NCBI GenBank assembly: GCA_965277715.1
Contig: OZ255836.1
Coordinates: forward strand, 736,001 to 800,000
Direction of reading: 5' to 3'
Source: Gammaproteobacteria bacterium
GTDB taxonomy: Bacteria; Pseudomonadota; Gammaproteobacteria; JBCCGL01
DNA length: 64,000 bases
Positions within the stretch are counted from its first letter, which is position 1. Each line of letters opens with the position of its first letter. This document shows, in pieces, positions 1-10,060 of this stretch. The notes beneath the pieces were generated by a model, which saw only the letters and a program-made list of their open reading frames with translations, had not been told where the DNA came from and ran no database searches. The position numbers and the translations under genes are program-made.

Positions 1-782
1 ACGGTGCGCTGCATAAAGTACACAAAATCCTGATCCAGCTCACGGAAAGTGGGTGTATCCGGAAACAGGGGCAGACGATTAGGGGTAAATGCCGCGAGGG
101 CTTTGGTTTTACCCGCTTCATAGAAGCCGAGTTGTTCAGAAGGGTTGTTAACGGTTGAATCGGCGTTGTTACCTGCCAGCTCTTTGGCTACCTTGCCGCC
201 CCCTTTGTAGGGGACATACTTCATATCCAGGTCATAGGCGGTATTCAGGAAGTCGGTTAGCAGGTTATCTTCAGAGTTCTTACCTGTACCGGCCATAATC
301 CATTTATTGCCTTTGGATTTTGCCGCTTTGACAAAGTCGGCCACGTTGTTAATGTCTTTGCGGTCTGAATTTACCCATAACAGAAAGGTGTCTTCTGCCA
401 TGCGGGCAACCGGCGTGAAGGTGGCAATATCGATACCGAGCTTCGGTTGGCGTAGCGGCGTGGTGTAAAAGCTGTTTAGCGTAAACATGATGGTGTGATC
501 GTCACCGTCCTTACCTTTCATGTGCACCAGCGCTTCAGCACCGGAGCCACCGGGCTTATTGACAGGGGTAAATGGCACAGGTGCCATATTTTCTGAGGCA
601 ATAATACTCTGCATCAGGCGCACAGCTTTATCAGCGCCGCCGCCTTTGCCTGCCATAACCACAAACTCGACGGGTTTTTTAGGTTCCCAGGCGGCTTGTA
701 CTATGGCGGGCAGGCTGATCAGCATAGTGCTGACACCCACCGCACAGACCAGTTTTTTCAAGGTGTGTTTCGATTTAAACAT
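1..782 (-). CDS. tctC: Tripartite tricarboxylate transporter substrate-binding protein (TctC/Bug family), 3' end runs off the window
   Basis: Not in the ORF track. Manual minus-strand translation from ATG at 782 gives MFKSKHTLKKLVCAVGVSTMLISLPAIVQAAWEPKKPVEFVVMAGKGGGADK...VNKPGGSGAEA...YVPYKGGG. This is a signal peptide plus typical Bug/TctC motifs, and the frame is open to the window edge. Confidence 0.9.
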   Translation of the reverse strand, partial: MFKSKHTLKKLVCAVGVSTMLISLPAIVQAAWEPKKPVEFVVMAGKGGGADKAVRLMQSIIASENMAPVPFTPVNKPGGSGAEALVHMKGKDGDDHTIMFTLNSFYTTPLRQPKLGIDIATFTPVARMAEDTFLLWVNSDRKDINNVADFVKAAKSKGNKWIMAGTGKNSEDNLLTDFLNTAYDLDMKYVPYKGGGKVAKELAGNNADSTVNNPSEQLGFYEAGKTKALAAFTPNRLPLFPDTPTFRELDQDFVYFMQRT

Positions 783-1081
783 TAGGATTTTTCCTCCACT
801 TGTTAATGGATCTGTTGACGATCCAAAAAATCGGCATTTCAGTGTGTAATACACTCAAACACCGCTTGTCGGGTTCCAGCGAGGGCGCCCGAACACTAGA
901 ATGCCGTATCAAGGCATTGTATTTATCGTATACCACGTTCTTTTCGCCATGGGCAATAAGTGCTCTTTAGAAAGCGCTAAACCGACCGAAGCATTTTCCA
1001 GGCGTAAACGCTTTATTGGCAAATTAACGATGATCGTCAGTTTGTCCGCCGTGCTGAATGTATTTTTATTTATGACAGATT

Positions 1082-1096
1082 TTGTATATTGTATAC
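1082..1096. promoter_or_regulatory. Possible GntR(FadR)-type operator in the divergent tctC/FAH promoter region
   Basis: TTGTATATTGTATAC contains the GTATAC core typical of GntR/FadR boxes. A second CGTATAC lies near 927. No cognate regulator is nearby in the window. Confidence 0.35.
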
Positions 1097-1253
1097 CATC
1101 TTGTCAAGATCAGACTCACAGACAAATGATCAATGACATAGCGATGTGCTGTTTTTCTAGTATAGAGTACATCTAAAAAACTTTTCGATTTTCAGATGTT
1201 TAAACCTGAAAACACAGTAATCAATAACTTTAAACAATGCGGAAGCGGCAGTG

Positions 1254-2033
1254 ATGATAAAAAAATGGGTGCGTTATGAACACGCTGGCCAACAAGGTTT
1301 TGGGCTGTTTGATGGTGAAATAATTCACTGTCACAGTGGCAGTATGTTTGATAACCCACACGCTGACGGAACAACACTGCGGTGTGAGGACGTGCGTCTA
1401 TTGTCACCCTGTCGGCCTGGAAAGATTGTCGCCATGTGGAATAACTTCCATCAGTTGGCAGCGGCACAGAACTGGGAACTACCGGAATTCCCTTTCTATT
1501 TTATTAAGCCAGGTAGCTGTGTTATAGGCCACCAAGGGGAAATCATTCACCCACAGGGTTACGATGGCCGGGTTATCTACGAAGGTGAATTGGGTATTGT
1601 GATGGGCAAAGCCTGCAAAGGTGTGAGTCGTGATGAGGCAGCCGATTATGTGCTCGGCTACACCTGTGTGAACGATGTGACAGCTATCCACCTGCTTTAC
1701 AAGTATGCTGCCTTCCCACAGTGGACCCGCTCAAAGAGCTTTGATACGTTTGGCGCGATTGGCCCCTGTATTACGGCACTGGACAACCCTGATTCACTGA
1801 TTGTAAAGACGCAGGTGAATGGCGAAGAACGCCAAAACTACCCTGTTTCTGATATGGTATTTTCACCTTTGGATCTGGTGAGTTTAGTATCCGGGGATAT
1901 GACGTTAAACCCAGGGGACGTGATTGCCTGTGGAACATCCTTAGGCGTAAAAACGATGAAACCCGATACCACGGTCGACGTGGTTATTGAAGGGGTTGGC
2001 ACGTTGACTAATTATTATATGACTGCTAGTTAG
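1254..2033 (+). CDS. Fumarylacetoacetate hydrolase (FAH) family protein
   Basis: Motifs FIKPGS, YEGELGIVMG, YTCVNDVTA, KSFDTFGAIGP, PGDVIACGT. ATG at 1254; GTG at 1251 is an alternative. Confidence 0.9.
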   Translation: MIKKWVRYEHAGQQGFGLFDGEIIHCHSGSMFDNPHADGTTLRCEDVRLLSPCRPGKIVAMWNNFHQLAAAQNWELPEFPFYFIKPGSCVIGHQGEIIHPQGYDGRVIYEGELGIVMGKACKGVSRDEAADYVLGYTCVNDVTAIHLLYKYAAFPQWTRSKSFDTFGAIGPCITALDNPDSLIVKTQVNGEERQNYPVSDMVFSPLDLVSLVSGDMTLNPGDVIACGTSLGVKTMKPDTTVDVVIEGVGTLTNYYMTAS

Positions 2034-2063
2034 CACATTAAGCAATGTAGAGGTATAAAGATA

Positions 2064-3653
2064 ATGAGAGATTATCAACTACCTGGCCGTTCGGCGGTGA
2101 TGAGCACTGAAGTTATGGCGGCGACCAGCCAGCCGATGGCAACCCAGGTAGCACTGCAAATCCTTCGCGATGGTGGTAATGCGTTGGATGCGGCGATTGC
2201 AGCGAGTGCGACTTTATCGGTAGTCGAGAGCTACTCTTCAGGGATTGGCGGGGATTGCTTTATTTTGTACCACGAGGCGGCGAGCGGTAAGTTGCACGCA
2301 TTGAACGGCAGCGGTCGATCACCCGCTGCGGCAACGCCTGATGCGATGCATTCACGCGGGCACACCAGTATGCCGGACAGTGGTATTTTACCGGTGACGG
2401 TACCCGGTGCTATCGATGCCTGGTATACGGCAAATCAGGCACTCGGCAGGCTCGATTTTGCCGAACTGCTGCAAGCGGCTATTGGCTACGCTGAACAGGG
2501 TTACGTGGTCAGCCCGGTGATTGCACACAACTGGCAAACCAGCGAATCGTTACTGGCACAAACCCCGGAAGCGGCCGCAGCCTATTTGGTTAATGGGAAA
2601 GCCCCTATGGTAGGGAGTGTACACCGGCAACCTGATTTAGCGAGAAGCCTGCAGGCGATTGCCAAACAAGGCCGCGATGCTTTGTATTGTGGTGAGATTG
2701 CCGAGGAGATTGTCCGCTTCAGCAATAGCCACAATGGTCTGTTGAGCCTGGATGATTTTTCCCAACACCGTTCTGAATGGGTCGAGCCAATCAGTAGTGA
2801 TTACCGGGGGTACACTGTTTGCGAGATTCCGCCAAACGGGCAGGGCATCACCACACTAATGGCATTGAATATAATGGCGCAAACCAATGTTGCCGATTTC
2901 GCGCATCTGGGTGCTGACCATGTACAGCTTCTCAGTGAGGCATTTTCATTGGCGATGGCCGAGCGTGACCGGTTTGTCAGTGATTCAGCCTTTAATACAT
3001 TGCCAGTGGAAAAACTGCTATCGGATGCATTTGCGGCGCAGCAGTTTGGCCGGATCAACTTTGCTCAGGCGTTATCCCAACCGGTAGCGTCTGCTCTACC
3101 TAACCATAAAGACACCGTTTACCTGACGGTGGTCGACAAAGACCGCAATGCGTGCTCCTTTATTAACAGTGTGTTCTATTCTTGGGGAAGCGGATTGGTG
3201 GCGGGTAATACGGGCATTAATCTACAAAATCGCGGGGGCGGTTTCACACTTGAAGAAGGGCATTTCAATCAGCTTGAACCAGGTAAAAGGCCGATGCATA
3301 CAATTATCCCGGCAATGGTATACAAGGCGGGAAAACCGGTGCTTAGCTTTGGCGTAATGGGGGGGCAGTACCAGGCGATGGGGCAGGCCTATGTATTGTC
3401 AAACTGGATTGATTACGCAATGGATATGCAGGCATCACTGGATGCTGCACGATTCTTTCTCTACGACGGTGAACTGTCAGTTGAGACCGGCGTACCGCAG
3501 GAAACGCGCCGTTTACTGGCTGAACGTGGCCACCGGTTGGTCGACGCAGATTCACCGCACGGGGGAGGGCAGGCCATCTGTATCGATTGGGAAAACGGTG
3601 TTTTACAAGGTGGTTCAGACCCCAGAAAGGATGGCCTGGCGGCAGGGTATTGA
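2064..3653 (+). CDS. ggt: Gamma-glutamyltransferase family protein (Ntn hydrolase)
   Basis: GGNALDAAIAA, GIGGDCF, PPNGQG, nucleophile Thr in DTVYLTVVD, KRPMHTIIP, GVMGG, DPRKDG. Confidence 0.92.
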   Translation: MRDYQLPGRSAVMSTEVMAATSQPMATQVALQILRDGGNALDAAIAASATLSVVESYSSGIGGDCFILYHEAASGKLHALNGSGRSPAAATPDAMHSRGHTSMPDSGILPVTVPGAIDAWYTANQALGRLDFAELLQAAIGYAEQGYVVSPVIAHNWQTSESLLAQTPEAAAAYLVNGKAPMVGSVHRQPDLARSLQAIAKQGRDALYCGEIAEEIVRFSNSHNGLLSLDDFSQHRSEWVEPISSDYRGYTVCEIPPNGQGITTLMALNIMAQTNVADFAHLGADHVQLLSEAFSLAMAERDRFVSDSAFNTLPVEKLLSDAFAAQQFGRINFAQALSQPVASALPNHKDTVYLTVVDKDRNACSFINSVFYSWGSGLVAGNTGINLQNRGGGFTLEEGHFNQLEPGKRPMHTIIPAMVYKAGKPVLSFGVMGGQYQAMGQAYVLSNWIDYAMDMQASLDAARFFLYDGELSVETGVPQETRRLLAERGHRLVDADSPHGGGQAICIDWENGVLQGGSDPRKDGLAAGY

Positions 3654-3750
3654 CGCACAGGCATTGAACTACTAACGGTGAGTTCAAACGGCAGGTAATT
3701 TCGCGAATGCTACGAAGGCTATGCGTGAGCGCCGGTACTGCAACATAAAT

Positions 3751-3788
3751 TTGCCGCACTACATTGAAGTATGCTATAAAGCGCCCGC
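3751..3788 (+). promoter_or_regulatory. rpsB promoter: extended -10 with GC-rich discriminator
   Basis: TTGCCG (3751-3756), 18 bp, TG-c-TATAAA (3772-3780), then GCGCCCGC. Same architecture as gammaproteobacterial rpsB promoters. Confidence 0.75.
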
Positions 3789-3833
3789 GCAAAAGGCGCC
3801 TATTTTCCCCTGGTTGAAACACACCAGGTATTT

Positions 3834-3920
3834 CACACGCACACCAGCAAGATTTAGCCGGGTGCCAACAGTGCTTCGGGACGGTTGGTTGGTTGTAATC
3901 GGTGTGCGGAGGTCTAACCC
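3834..3920 (+). ncRNA. rpsB 5' leader (t44/tff-like S2 autoregulatory RNA)
   Basis: CACACGCACACC...CCGGGTGCC...GGTGTGCGGAGGTCTAACCC. The closing stem CGCACACC/GGTGTGCG and the GGGT/AACCC pairing elements sit just upstream of the rpsB RBS. Confidence 0.8.
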
Positions 3921-3939
3921 ATACTAATGAGGTAATTTC

Positions 3940-4833
3940 ATGGCGAAAGTCAGCATGCGCCAAATGCTTGAAGCAGGCGTACACTTCGGTCACCAAACCC
4001 GTTATTGGTGCCCAAAAATGGCTCCCTATATTTATGGCGAGCGCAATAAAATTCATATCTTCAACCTCGAAAGCACCCTGCCGATGTTTGAGGATTCACT
4101 CAACTTCCTCGGTAAACTGGCATCCCGCCACGGTCGCATTATGTTCGTTGGCACTAAGCGTGCTGCGCGTGATGCCGTGCAGGAGGCCGCCCGTTCCTGC
4201 GGTATGCCGTATGTCAATCGACGCTGGCTCGGTGGCATGATGACCAACTTCAAAACCGTGCGTCAATCGATTAAGCGCTTAAAGGAAATTGAGGAAATGC
4301 TGGCCGATGGCGCTGTCGACCGCTTGAGCAAAAAAGAATCGTTGAGCCTGAGTCGCGAGCTGGAAAAGCTTGAACGCAGCCTGGGGGGTATCAAAGAGAT
4401 GGAAAGACTGCCAGATGCCCTGTTTGTTGTCGATGTCGGCCATGAAAAAATCGCTATTGCCGAAGCCCGCAAACTGGGCATTCCGATTGTGGCGGTTGTC
4501 GACAGTAATAGCCCTCCCGATAATATCGATTACCTGATCCCCGGTAACGATGATGCTATCCGCGCTATTCAGTTGTATGTAAGCGCAGCGGCAGAGGCGA
4601 TTCAGGAAGGCAAGGCATCGGTCAATGTACCTGGTAGTGATGAGTTTGTCGAAATAGACCCGGATCAGGAAGCCGCTACAAATAAAACCAGTACGAAAAA
4701 AGTCACGGTGAAATCAAAAAAAGTAACTGACGAGGTCGCCGCCTCAAGTGAGGAAGCAGCGGTTGAAGAAGTGCCTGAAGTTGCCGGGGCGACAGATGAT
4801 ACCGATGTTGAACAAGGTCGTGTCGAAGCGTAA
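3940..4833 (+). CDS. rpsB: 30S ribosomal protein S2 with acidic C-terminal extension
   Basis: [36 protein letters not shown]. Confidence 0.99.
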   Translation: MAKVSMRQMLEAGVHFGHQTRYWCPKMAPYIYGERNKIHIFNLESTLPMFEDSLNFLGKLASRHGRIMFVGTKRAARDAVQEAARSCGMPYVNRRWLGGMMTNFKTVRQSIKRLKEIEEMLADGAVDRLSKKESLSLSRELEKLERSLGGIKEMERLPDALFVVDVGHEKIAIAEARKLGIPIVAVVDSNSPPDNIDYLIPGNDDAIRAIQLYVSAAAEAIQEGKASVNVPGSDEFVEIDPDQEAATNKTSTKKVTVKSKKVTDEVAASSEEAAVEEVPEVAGATDDTDVEQGRVEA

Positions 4834-4884
4834 AAACAGACGTTTCCACTCCTCAGTTAGTTGATTAAATTTAGAGGCTTATAC

Positions 4885-5772
4885 ATGCAAATTACGGCTG
4901 GAATGGTCAAAGAACTGCGCGAACGTACTGGCGCAGGTATGATGGAATGTAAAAAGGCATTGGTTGAAACCGACGGTGATATCGATGTCGCTATTGAGCA
5001 GATGCGCATAGCGGGTCTTGCCAGGGCGGATAAGAAATCGGGGCGTATAGCGGCCGATGGCACTATCGCTATTTGTATCGCGGAGGATGGGAAATCGGCG
5101 TCGATGCTCGAAGTCAATTGCGAAACTGATTTTGTGTCAAAGGGCGATGGTTTTTGTGCTTTCGCGGGCGATATTGCCAGTCGGATACTCTCTGATGCCC
5201 CTAGTGATGTCGAGCGTTTGCTTGAACTGCCGATGGGCGGTGGTGAGCAAATCATCAATACGGCACGCCAGGCACTGGTTACTAAAGTTGGTGAAAATAT
5301 TCAGGTGCGTCGTTTCGTTCGCGAATCCACCGATAGCGGTGTGTTTGGTAGTTACTCGCACGGTGCGCGTATCGGGGTAATTGTCTGTGTGGAAGGTGGT
5401 GGCGATGCTGCACTGGCAAAAGATATCGCCATGCATGTCGCGGCCAGCAAACCGGAATGTATCTCCGAAGAAGGTGTACCCGCTGAATTACTGGCGAAAG
5501 AAAAAGCGATTTTAATCGCTGAGGCACAGGAGAGTGGTAAGCCGGATAATATCATTGAGAAAATGGTTGAAGGGCGTATCAAAAAATATCTGGCCGAAAT
5601 AACGTTGGTCGGGCAGCCGTTTGTCAAGAACCCCGATGTGACTGTGGGTCAGTTGTTGGCATCGTCTGGCGCCACCGTTGCCTTTTTCAAACGTTTTGAG
5701 GTGGGTGAAGGCATTGAGAAAAAGGAAGAGAATTTTGCCGATGAAGTTATGGCACAGGTGCATGGAAGTTAA
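4885..5772 (+). CDS. tsf: Elongation factor Ts
   Basis: MQITAGMVKELRERTGAGMMECKKAL, EVNCETDFV, FEVGEGIEK; ATG at 4885. Confidence 0.99.
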   Translation: MQITAGMVKELRERTGAGMMECKKALVETDGDIDVAIEQMRIAGLARADKKSGRIAADGTIAICIAEDGKSASMLEVNCETDFVSKGDGFCAFAGDIASRILSDAPSDVERLLELPMGGGEQIINTARQALVTKVGENIQVRRFVRESTDSGVFGSYSHGARIGVIVCVEGGGDAALAKDIAMHVAASKPECISEEGVPAELLAKEKAILIAEAQESGKPDNIIEKMVEGRIKKYLAEITLVGQPFVKNPDVTVGQLLASSGATVAFFKRFEVGEGIEKKEENFADEVMAQVHGS

Positions 5773-5800
5773 ACTTTCCACTGTGACAGAATAAGTGACG

Positions 5801-5826
5801 AAAAGCCGGGGTCTCCCCGGCTTTTT
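5801..5826 (+). terminator. Intrinsic terminator after tsf (probably bidirectional)
   Basis: AAAAGCCGGGG-TCT-CCCCGGCTTTTT, a perfect stem with a T tract. Confidence 0.9.
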
Positions 5827-5944
5827 AGTGTATGTAATAAAAATTTCTGAGTTAAAGCGTCACAAAACCGCGTAACAGGTCGCACCGGGAGGCTTAATTC
5901 AGTAAACTCCGAACAGTTTTTTTGAAGGTATTGAACACTATCTA

Positions 5945-6676
5945 ATGCGTGAATCAACAGATGGAAAATACAAGCGGTTATTGCTCAAACTGAGCGGTGA
6001 GGCATTGATGGGGGGTGAGAATTACGGCATCGATCCCGCCTATATCAAACGTATTGCCAATGAAATCAAACAGTTGGTGGAAATGGAGTTTGAAGTGGCG
6101 ATTGTTATTGGCGGTGGCAATATTTTTCGTGGTGCCGGTTTGGCTGAAGCGGGAATGGACCGGGTGACGGGTGATCATATCGGTATGTTAGCCACAGTGA
6201 TCAACAGCTTGTCACTACAGGATGCCCTGGAGCAGCTCGGTGTGTTTTGCCGCGTTATGTCAGCGCTGAAGATCAATGAGGTGTGTGAGGATTACCTCCG
6301 CCGCCGGGCCATACGCCATCTACAAAAAGGGCGTGTGGTTATTTTTGCCGCAGGCACGGGCAACCCGTTTTTTACCACCGATACTGCTGCCAGTTTACGG
6401 GCCGTGGAAATCGGGGCAGATTTGATGTTGAAAGCCACCAAGGTCGATGGCATATACTCTGCCGATCCGATGCAGGATGAACAGGCAGTACGCTACTCGC
6501 GTATCACCTATGCTCAGGTACTGACCGATAATTTGCAGGTGATGGATACGACAGCAATTGTCATGTGCCGGGATCACGACATCCCACTGTATATTTTTAA
6601 TTTGAACAATGAAGGTGATTTGATCCGCGCTGTGAACGGTGAAAGTGTTGGGTCCATCGTTGAACGAGGTGAGTAA
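5945..6676 (+). CDS. pyrH: UMP kinase
   Basis: [27 protein letters not shown]. Confidence 0.99.
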   Translation: MRESTDGKYKRLLLKLSGEALMGGENYGIDPAYIKRIANEIKQLVEMEFEVAIVIGGGNIFRGAGLAEAGMDRVTGDHIGMLATVINSLSLQDALEQLGVFCRVMSALKINEVCEDYLRRRAIRHLQKGRVVIFAAGTGNPFFTTDTAASLRAVEIGADLMLKATKVDGIYSADPMQDEQAVRYSRITYAQVLTDNLQVMDTTAIVMCRDHDIPLYIFNLNNEGDLIRAVNGESVGSIVERGE

Positions 6677-7233
6677 TGATTGACGATATTATCGAAGATA
6701 CAAAGCTGCGCATGGGAAAAAGTGTCGCCTCTCTGAGTCAGGATTTTGACCGTGTGCGCACAGGGCGTGCGCACACCAGCTTACTGGATCATATTACGGT
6801 TGAATATTACGGTAGTCTTGTGCCGCTCAATCAGGTCGCCAATGTGGGGGTCGATGATGCGCGCACACTATCGGTGACACCCTGGGAAAAGCCTATGGTA
6901 TCGGTCGTGGAAAAAGCCATTATCAACTCCGACCTTGGGCTCAACCCGACAACGGCGGGCACGGTTATCCGCATTCCACTGCCGCCGTTGACGGAAGAGC
7001 GCCGTAAAGACCTGGTTAAGGTGGTTAAGCACGAGGCGGAAAATGGCCGGGTGGCCGTGCGCAATATTCGCCGCGATGCAAACAGTGACCTGAAAACCCT
7101 GCTCAAAGACAAGAATATTTCTGAAGATGAAGAGCGCCGTGCGCAGGACAACGTACAGAAACTCACCGATAAACATATAAAACAAGTGGATGGCGCGCTG
7201 GCAGAGAAAGAGAAGGAATTGATGGACTTTTAG
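6676..7233 (+). CDS. frr: Ribosome recycling factor
   Basis: [26 protein letters not shown]. Confidence 0.99.
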   Translation: MIDDIIEDTKLRMGKSVASLSQDFDRVRTGRAHTSLLDHITVEYYGSLVPLNQVANVGVDDARTLSVTPWEKPMVSVVEKAIINSDLGLNPTTAGTVIRIPLPPLTEERRKDLVKVVKHEAENGRVAVRNIRRDANSDLKTLLKDKNISEDEERRAQDNVQKLTDKHIKQVDGALAEKEKELMDF

Positions 7234-7280
7234 CGGTTTTTCAATCGATTTTACCTGTCATTCATAACCAGACCGAATTA

Positions 7281-8033
7281 ATGCAATTTACCCAGGGCAT
7301 AACGCCATTGCCGCGACATATCGCCATTATCATGGATGGCAATGGCCGCTGGGCCAGGCACCAGGGTAAACCCAGAACTGCGGGCCATCAGGCGGGGCTT
7401 AAAGCGACCCGCAATGTGGTGCAAAACTGCGTTGAACTCGGCGTTGAATCGCTCACGCTGTTTGCGTTTAGCAGTGAAAACTGGCGCCGCCCGGATCAGG
7501 AGGTGAGCATATTGATGGACTTGTTTTTGCGCGCCTTGAAAAGCGAGGTTGAGCAGCTACACCAGAATGGTGTTCGCATACGGTTTATCGGTGACCTCAG
7601 CGCGTTTTCGACGAAACTACAAAAACAAATGCACACGGCTGAAAAAACCACCTGTGACAATACCGTGTTAAATTTATCGATTGCGGTTAATTACGGTGGG
7701 CGTTGGGATATTGTTCAGGCAACTAAACAAATCGCACTACTCGTTAAATCCGGTGATTTACTGCTGGAACAGATAGATACTGAGGCGCTGGGCAATCAGA
7801 TTATGCTGAATGATTTACCTGACCCGGATTTACTGATCCGCACCAGTGGAGAACGGCGTATCAGTAATTACCTGCTGTGGCAGATGGCTTATACCGAACT
7901 TTATTTTACCGACACACTGTGGCCAGATTTTGATAAACACGCGCTGCAACAGGCCATTGCCTGGTTTGCTCAGTGCGAGCGGCGCTATGGAAAAACAGGT
8001 GAACAAATGCAACAGGTGAGTCACCATGCTTAA
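7281..8033 (+). CDS. uppS: Undecaprenyl diphosphate synthase
   Basis: HIAIIMDGNGRWA, FSSENWRRP, RTSGERRISNYLLWQ. Confidence 0.98.
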   Translation: MQFTQGITPLPRHIAIIMDGNGRWARHQGKPRTAGHQAGLKATRNVVQNCVELGVESLTLFAFSSENWRRPDQEVSILMDLFLRALKSEVEQLHQNGVRIRFIGDLSAFSTKLQKQMHTAEKTTCDNTVLNLSIAVNYGGRWDIVQATKQIALLVKSGDLLLEQIDTEALGNQIMLNDLPDPDLLIRTSGERRISNYLLWQMAYTELYFTDTLWPDFDKHALQQAIAWFAQCERRYGKTGEQMQQVSHHA

Positions 8034-8841
8034 ACACCGGGTTATTACCGCCTGCTGCCTGGCATCGACGTTGCTATGGGCTGTCTATTATTGGTCATTT
8101 AATGCGTTTGCGGGTTTGCTTGCCCTGGTATCACTGGTGTCTTCGTGGGAGTGGTCACGCCTATGTGGTTTGCGCTCCAGTGTGCACCGTGGATTATATG
8201 CGCTGGTTGTGGGCACATTATCGGTTGCACCGGTCTTTTTTTTAATACGCGATCCTGCGCCGTTGTATGTGGCAGGTCCCGGTTTTTTGTTGTGGCTTAT
8301 TATCAGCCTGTTTTTACTGGGTGACCGGGTTCCACAACCGCTTAAAGACCGTATTGATCGCTGGAAAATGCTGTTTGCTGTGCCGTTGTTCTCTGTCGTG
8401 GTATGGGGGTTGGCATGGCTGCGCGATGGCGAACTGGGTAGCCCGCTGCTGTTTATTTACGTTTTCTGTATTGTCTGGCTCGCCGATATAGGGGCTTATT
8501 TTGTAGGCAAACGCTGGGGAAAACACAAACTTGCCCCCAATATCAGCCCTGGGAAAAGCTGCGAAGGCGCACTCGGTGGACTATTGGCCGTGGCTGTATG
8601 GGCCGTGTTATTTGTGTTGATTAATCCATTTCCTTTTTCTGGGGCGGCGCTGTTTTTGGCTTCGATGGTTGCGGCGGTCTTCTCGGTGTTTGGTGACTTG
8701 TTCGAGAGCTATATGAAACGCGCTGCGGGTGTCAAGGACAGTGGTGCAATTCTACCGGGGCACGGGGGCATTTTGGATCGCATTGACAGCTTGCTTGCAG
8801 CGGTGCCCGTGTTTATTTTTATTGTTGTTCTGGGTATTTAA
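8026..8841 (+). CDS. cdsA: Phosphatidate cytidylyltransferase
   Basis: Multi-TM protein; [34 protein letters not shown]. Confidence 0.97.
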   Translation: MLKHRVITACCLASTLLWAVYYWSFNAFAGLLALVSLVSSWEWSRLCGLRSSVHRGLYALVVGTLSVAPVFFLIRDPAPLYVAGPGFLLWLIISLFLLGDRVPQPLKDRIDRWKMLFAVPLFSVVVWGLAWLRDGELGSPLLFIYVFCIVWLADIGAYFVGKRWGKHKLAPNISPGKSCEGALGGLLAVAVWAVLFVLINPFPFSGAALFLASMVAAVFSVFGDLFESYMKRAAGVKDSGAILPGHGGILDRIDSLLAAVPVFIFIVVLGI

Positions 8842-10058
8842 TGCACACCCCGGAAACACAAGGCGCGAAAATGCAAGGTATTGCCATTCTCGGCGCAACC
8901 GGCTCAGTGGGGCTTAGTACGCTGGAGGTTATCGCCCGTCACCCACAGTTGTATCGGGTCGTTGGTTTAGCCGCCAATCGACAGGTTGAGCGTTTATTTC
9001 AACAGTGTGTGGCATTTCAGCCGGATTTTGCTGTTATGCAGGACGCCGATGCCGCCGAACAACTCCGCCGTAAACTGCAATCAGCCGGTATTGCCACGTG
9101 TGTGCAAAGCGGTGATACAGCGCTGTGTGATTTGGCTGCACATCAATCAGTGGACATTGTGATGGCGGCAATTGTCGGTGCGGCGGGCCTGATGTCGACA
9201 CTGTGTGCTGCCCGGGCCGGTAAACGGTTGTTGCTGGCCAATAAAGAAGCCCTGGTTATGTCAGGCCAGTTATTAATGGATGAAGTCGCTGCAAATGATG
9301 CCTGTTTACTGCCTATTGATAGTGAACATAACGCGATTTTTCAATGTGTGTCGCAAGCACAGAGTACGCCTGCGCTCAACGGCGTAAAAAAAATACTGTT
9401 AACCGCCTCTGGTGGGCCGTTTCGCACACTCAATGCAGCGGCACTGCAGCGGGTTACCCCTGAACAGGCGTGTGCACACCCAAATTGGGTGATGGGGCGC
9501 AAAATATCGGTGGACTCATCGACCCTGATGAACAAGGGGTTGGAGGTTATCGAAGCCTGTTGGTTGTTCGCTGTGGATGTCGACAGAATAGAGGTCATAT
9601 TGCACCCGCAAAGTGTTATTCATTCGATGGTGTCCTATGTCGATGGGTCGGTATTAGCCCAACTCGGCAACCCGGATATGCGCACACCGATTGCACACGC
9701 ACTGGCGTGGCCTAAACGCATTGAATCGGGGGTGGAACCTCCCGACTTTCTAACGCTTTCAGCCCTGACCTTCGATACACCTGACACGGATCGGTTTCCC
9801 TGTTTAAGATTGGCCATTGAGACGATGCGGGTAGGCGGTACGGCAACCACCATATTAAATGCCGCGAATGAAGTGGCGGTAGCCGCATTTTTGGATGGTC
9901 GCCTGGCTTTTACCGGGATTCCCGCCCTGATTGAAGATGTGTTGGGGCGAGTGCCTAACCGTGCCCAGCTTACCCTGGAAAATGTGCTGGAAGTGGATCG
10001 GCAAACGCGTGAAGTTGCTGAGGCGCGCCTAACCATTCGACCTGGACGTGTAGCCTGA
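8841..10058 (+). CDS. dxr: 1-deoxy-D-xylulose-5-phosphate reductoisomerase
   Basis: [38 protein letters not shown]. The ATG overlaps the cdsA stop (TAATG); ATG 8871 is an alternative start. Confidence 0.98.
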   Translation: MHTPETQGAKMQGIAILGATGSVGLSTLEVIARHPQLYRVVGLAANRQVERLFQQCVAFQPDFAVMQDADAAEQLRRKLQSAGIATCVQSGDTALCDLAAHQSVDIVMAAIVGAAGLMSTLCAARAGKRLLLANKEALVMSGQLLMDEVAANDACLLPIDSEHNAIFQCVSQAQSTPALNGVKKILLTASGGPFRTLNAAALQRVTPEQACAHPNWVMGRKISVDSSTLMNKGLEVIEACWLFAVDVDRIEVILHPQSVIHSMVSYVDGSVLAQLGNPDMRTPIAHALAWPKRIESGVEPPDFLTLSALTFDTPDTDRFPCLRLAIETMRVGGTATTILNAANEVAVAAFLDGRLAFTGIPALIEDVLGRVPNRAQLTLENVLEVDRQTREVAEARLTIRPGRVA

Positions 10059-10060
10059 AT

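Noticed and set aside
520-1467. ORF-track entries 520-849, 901-1176 and 1192-1467
   Set aside because: Antisense to tctC or the FAH gene, or lying across the divergent promoter region, with no motifs or RBS.
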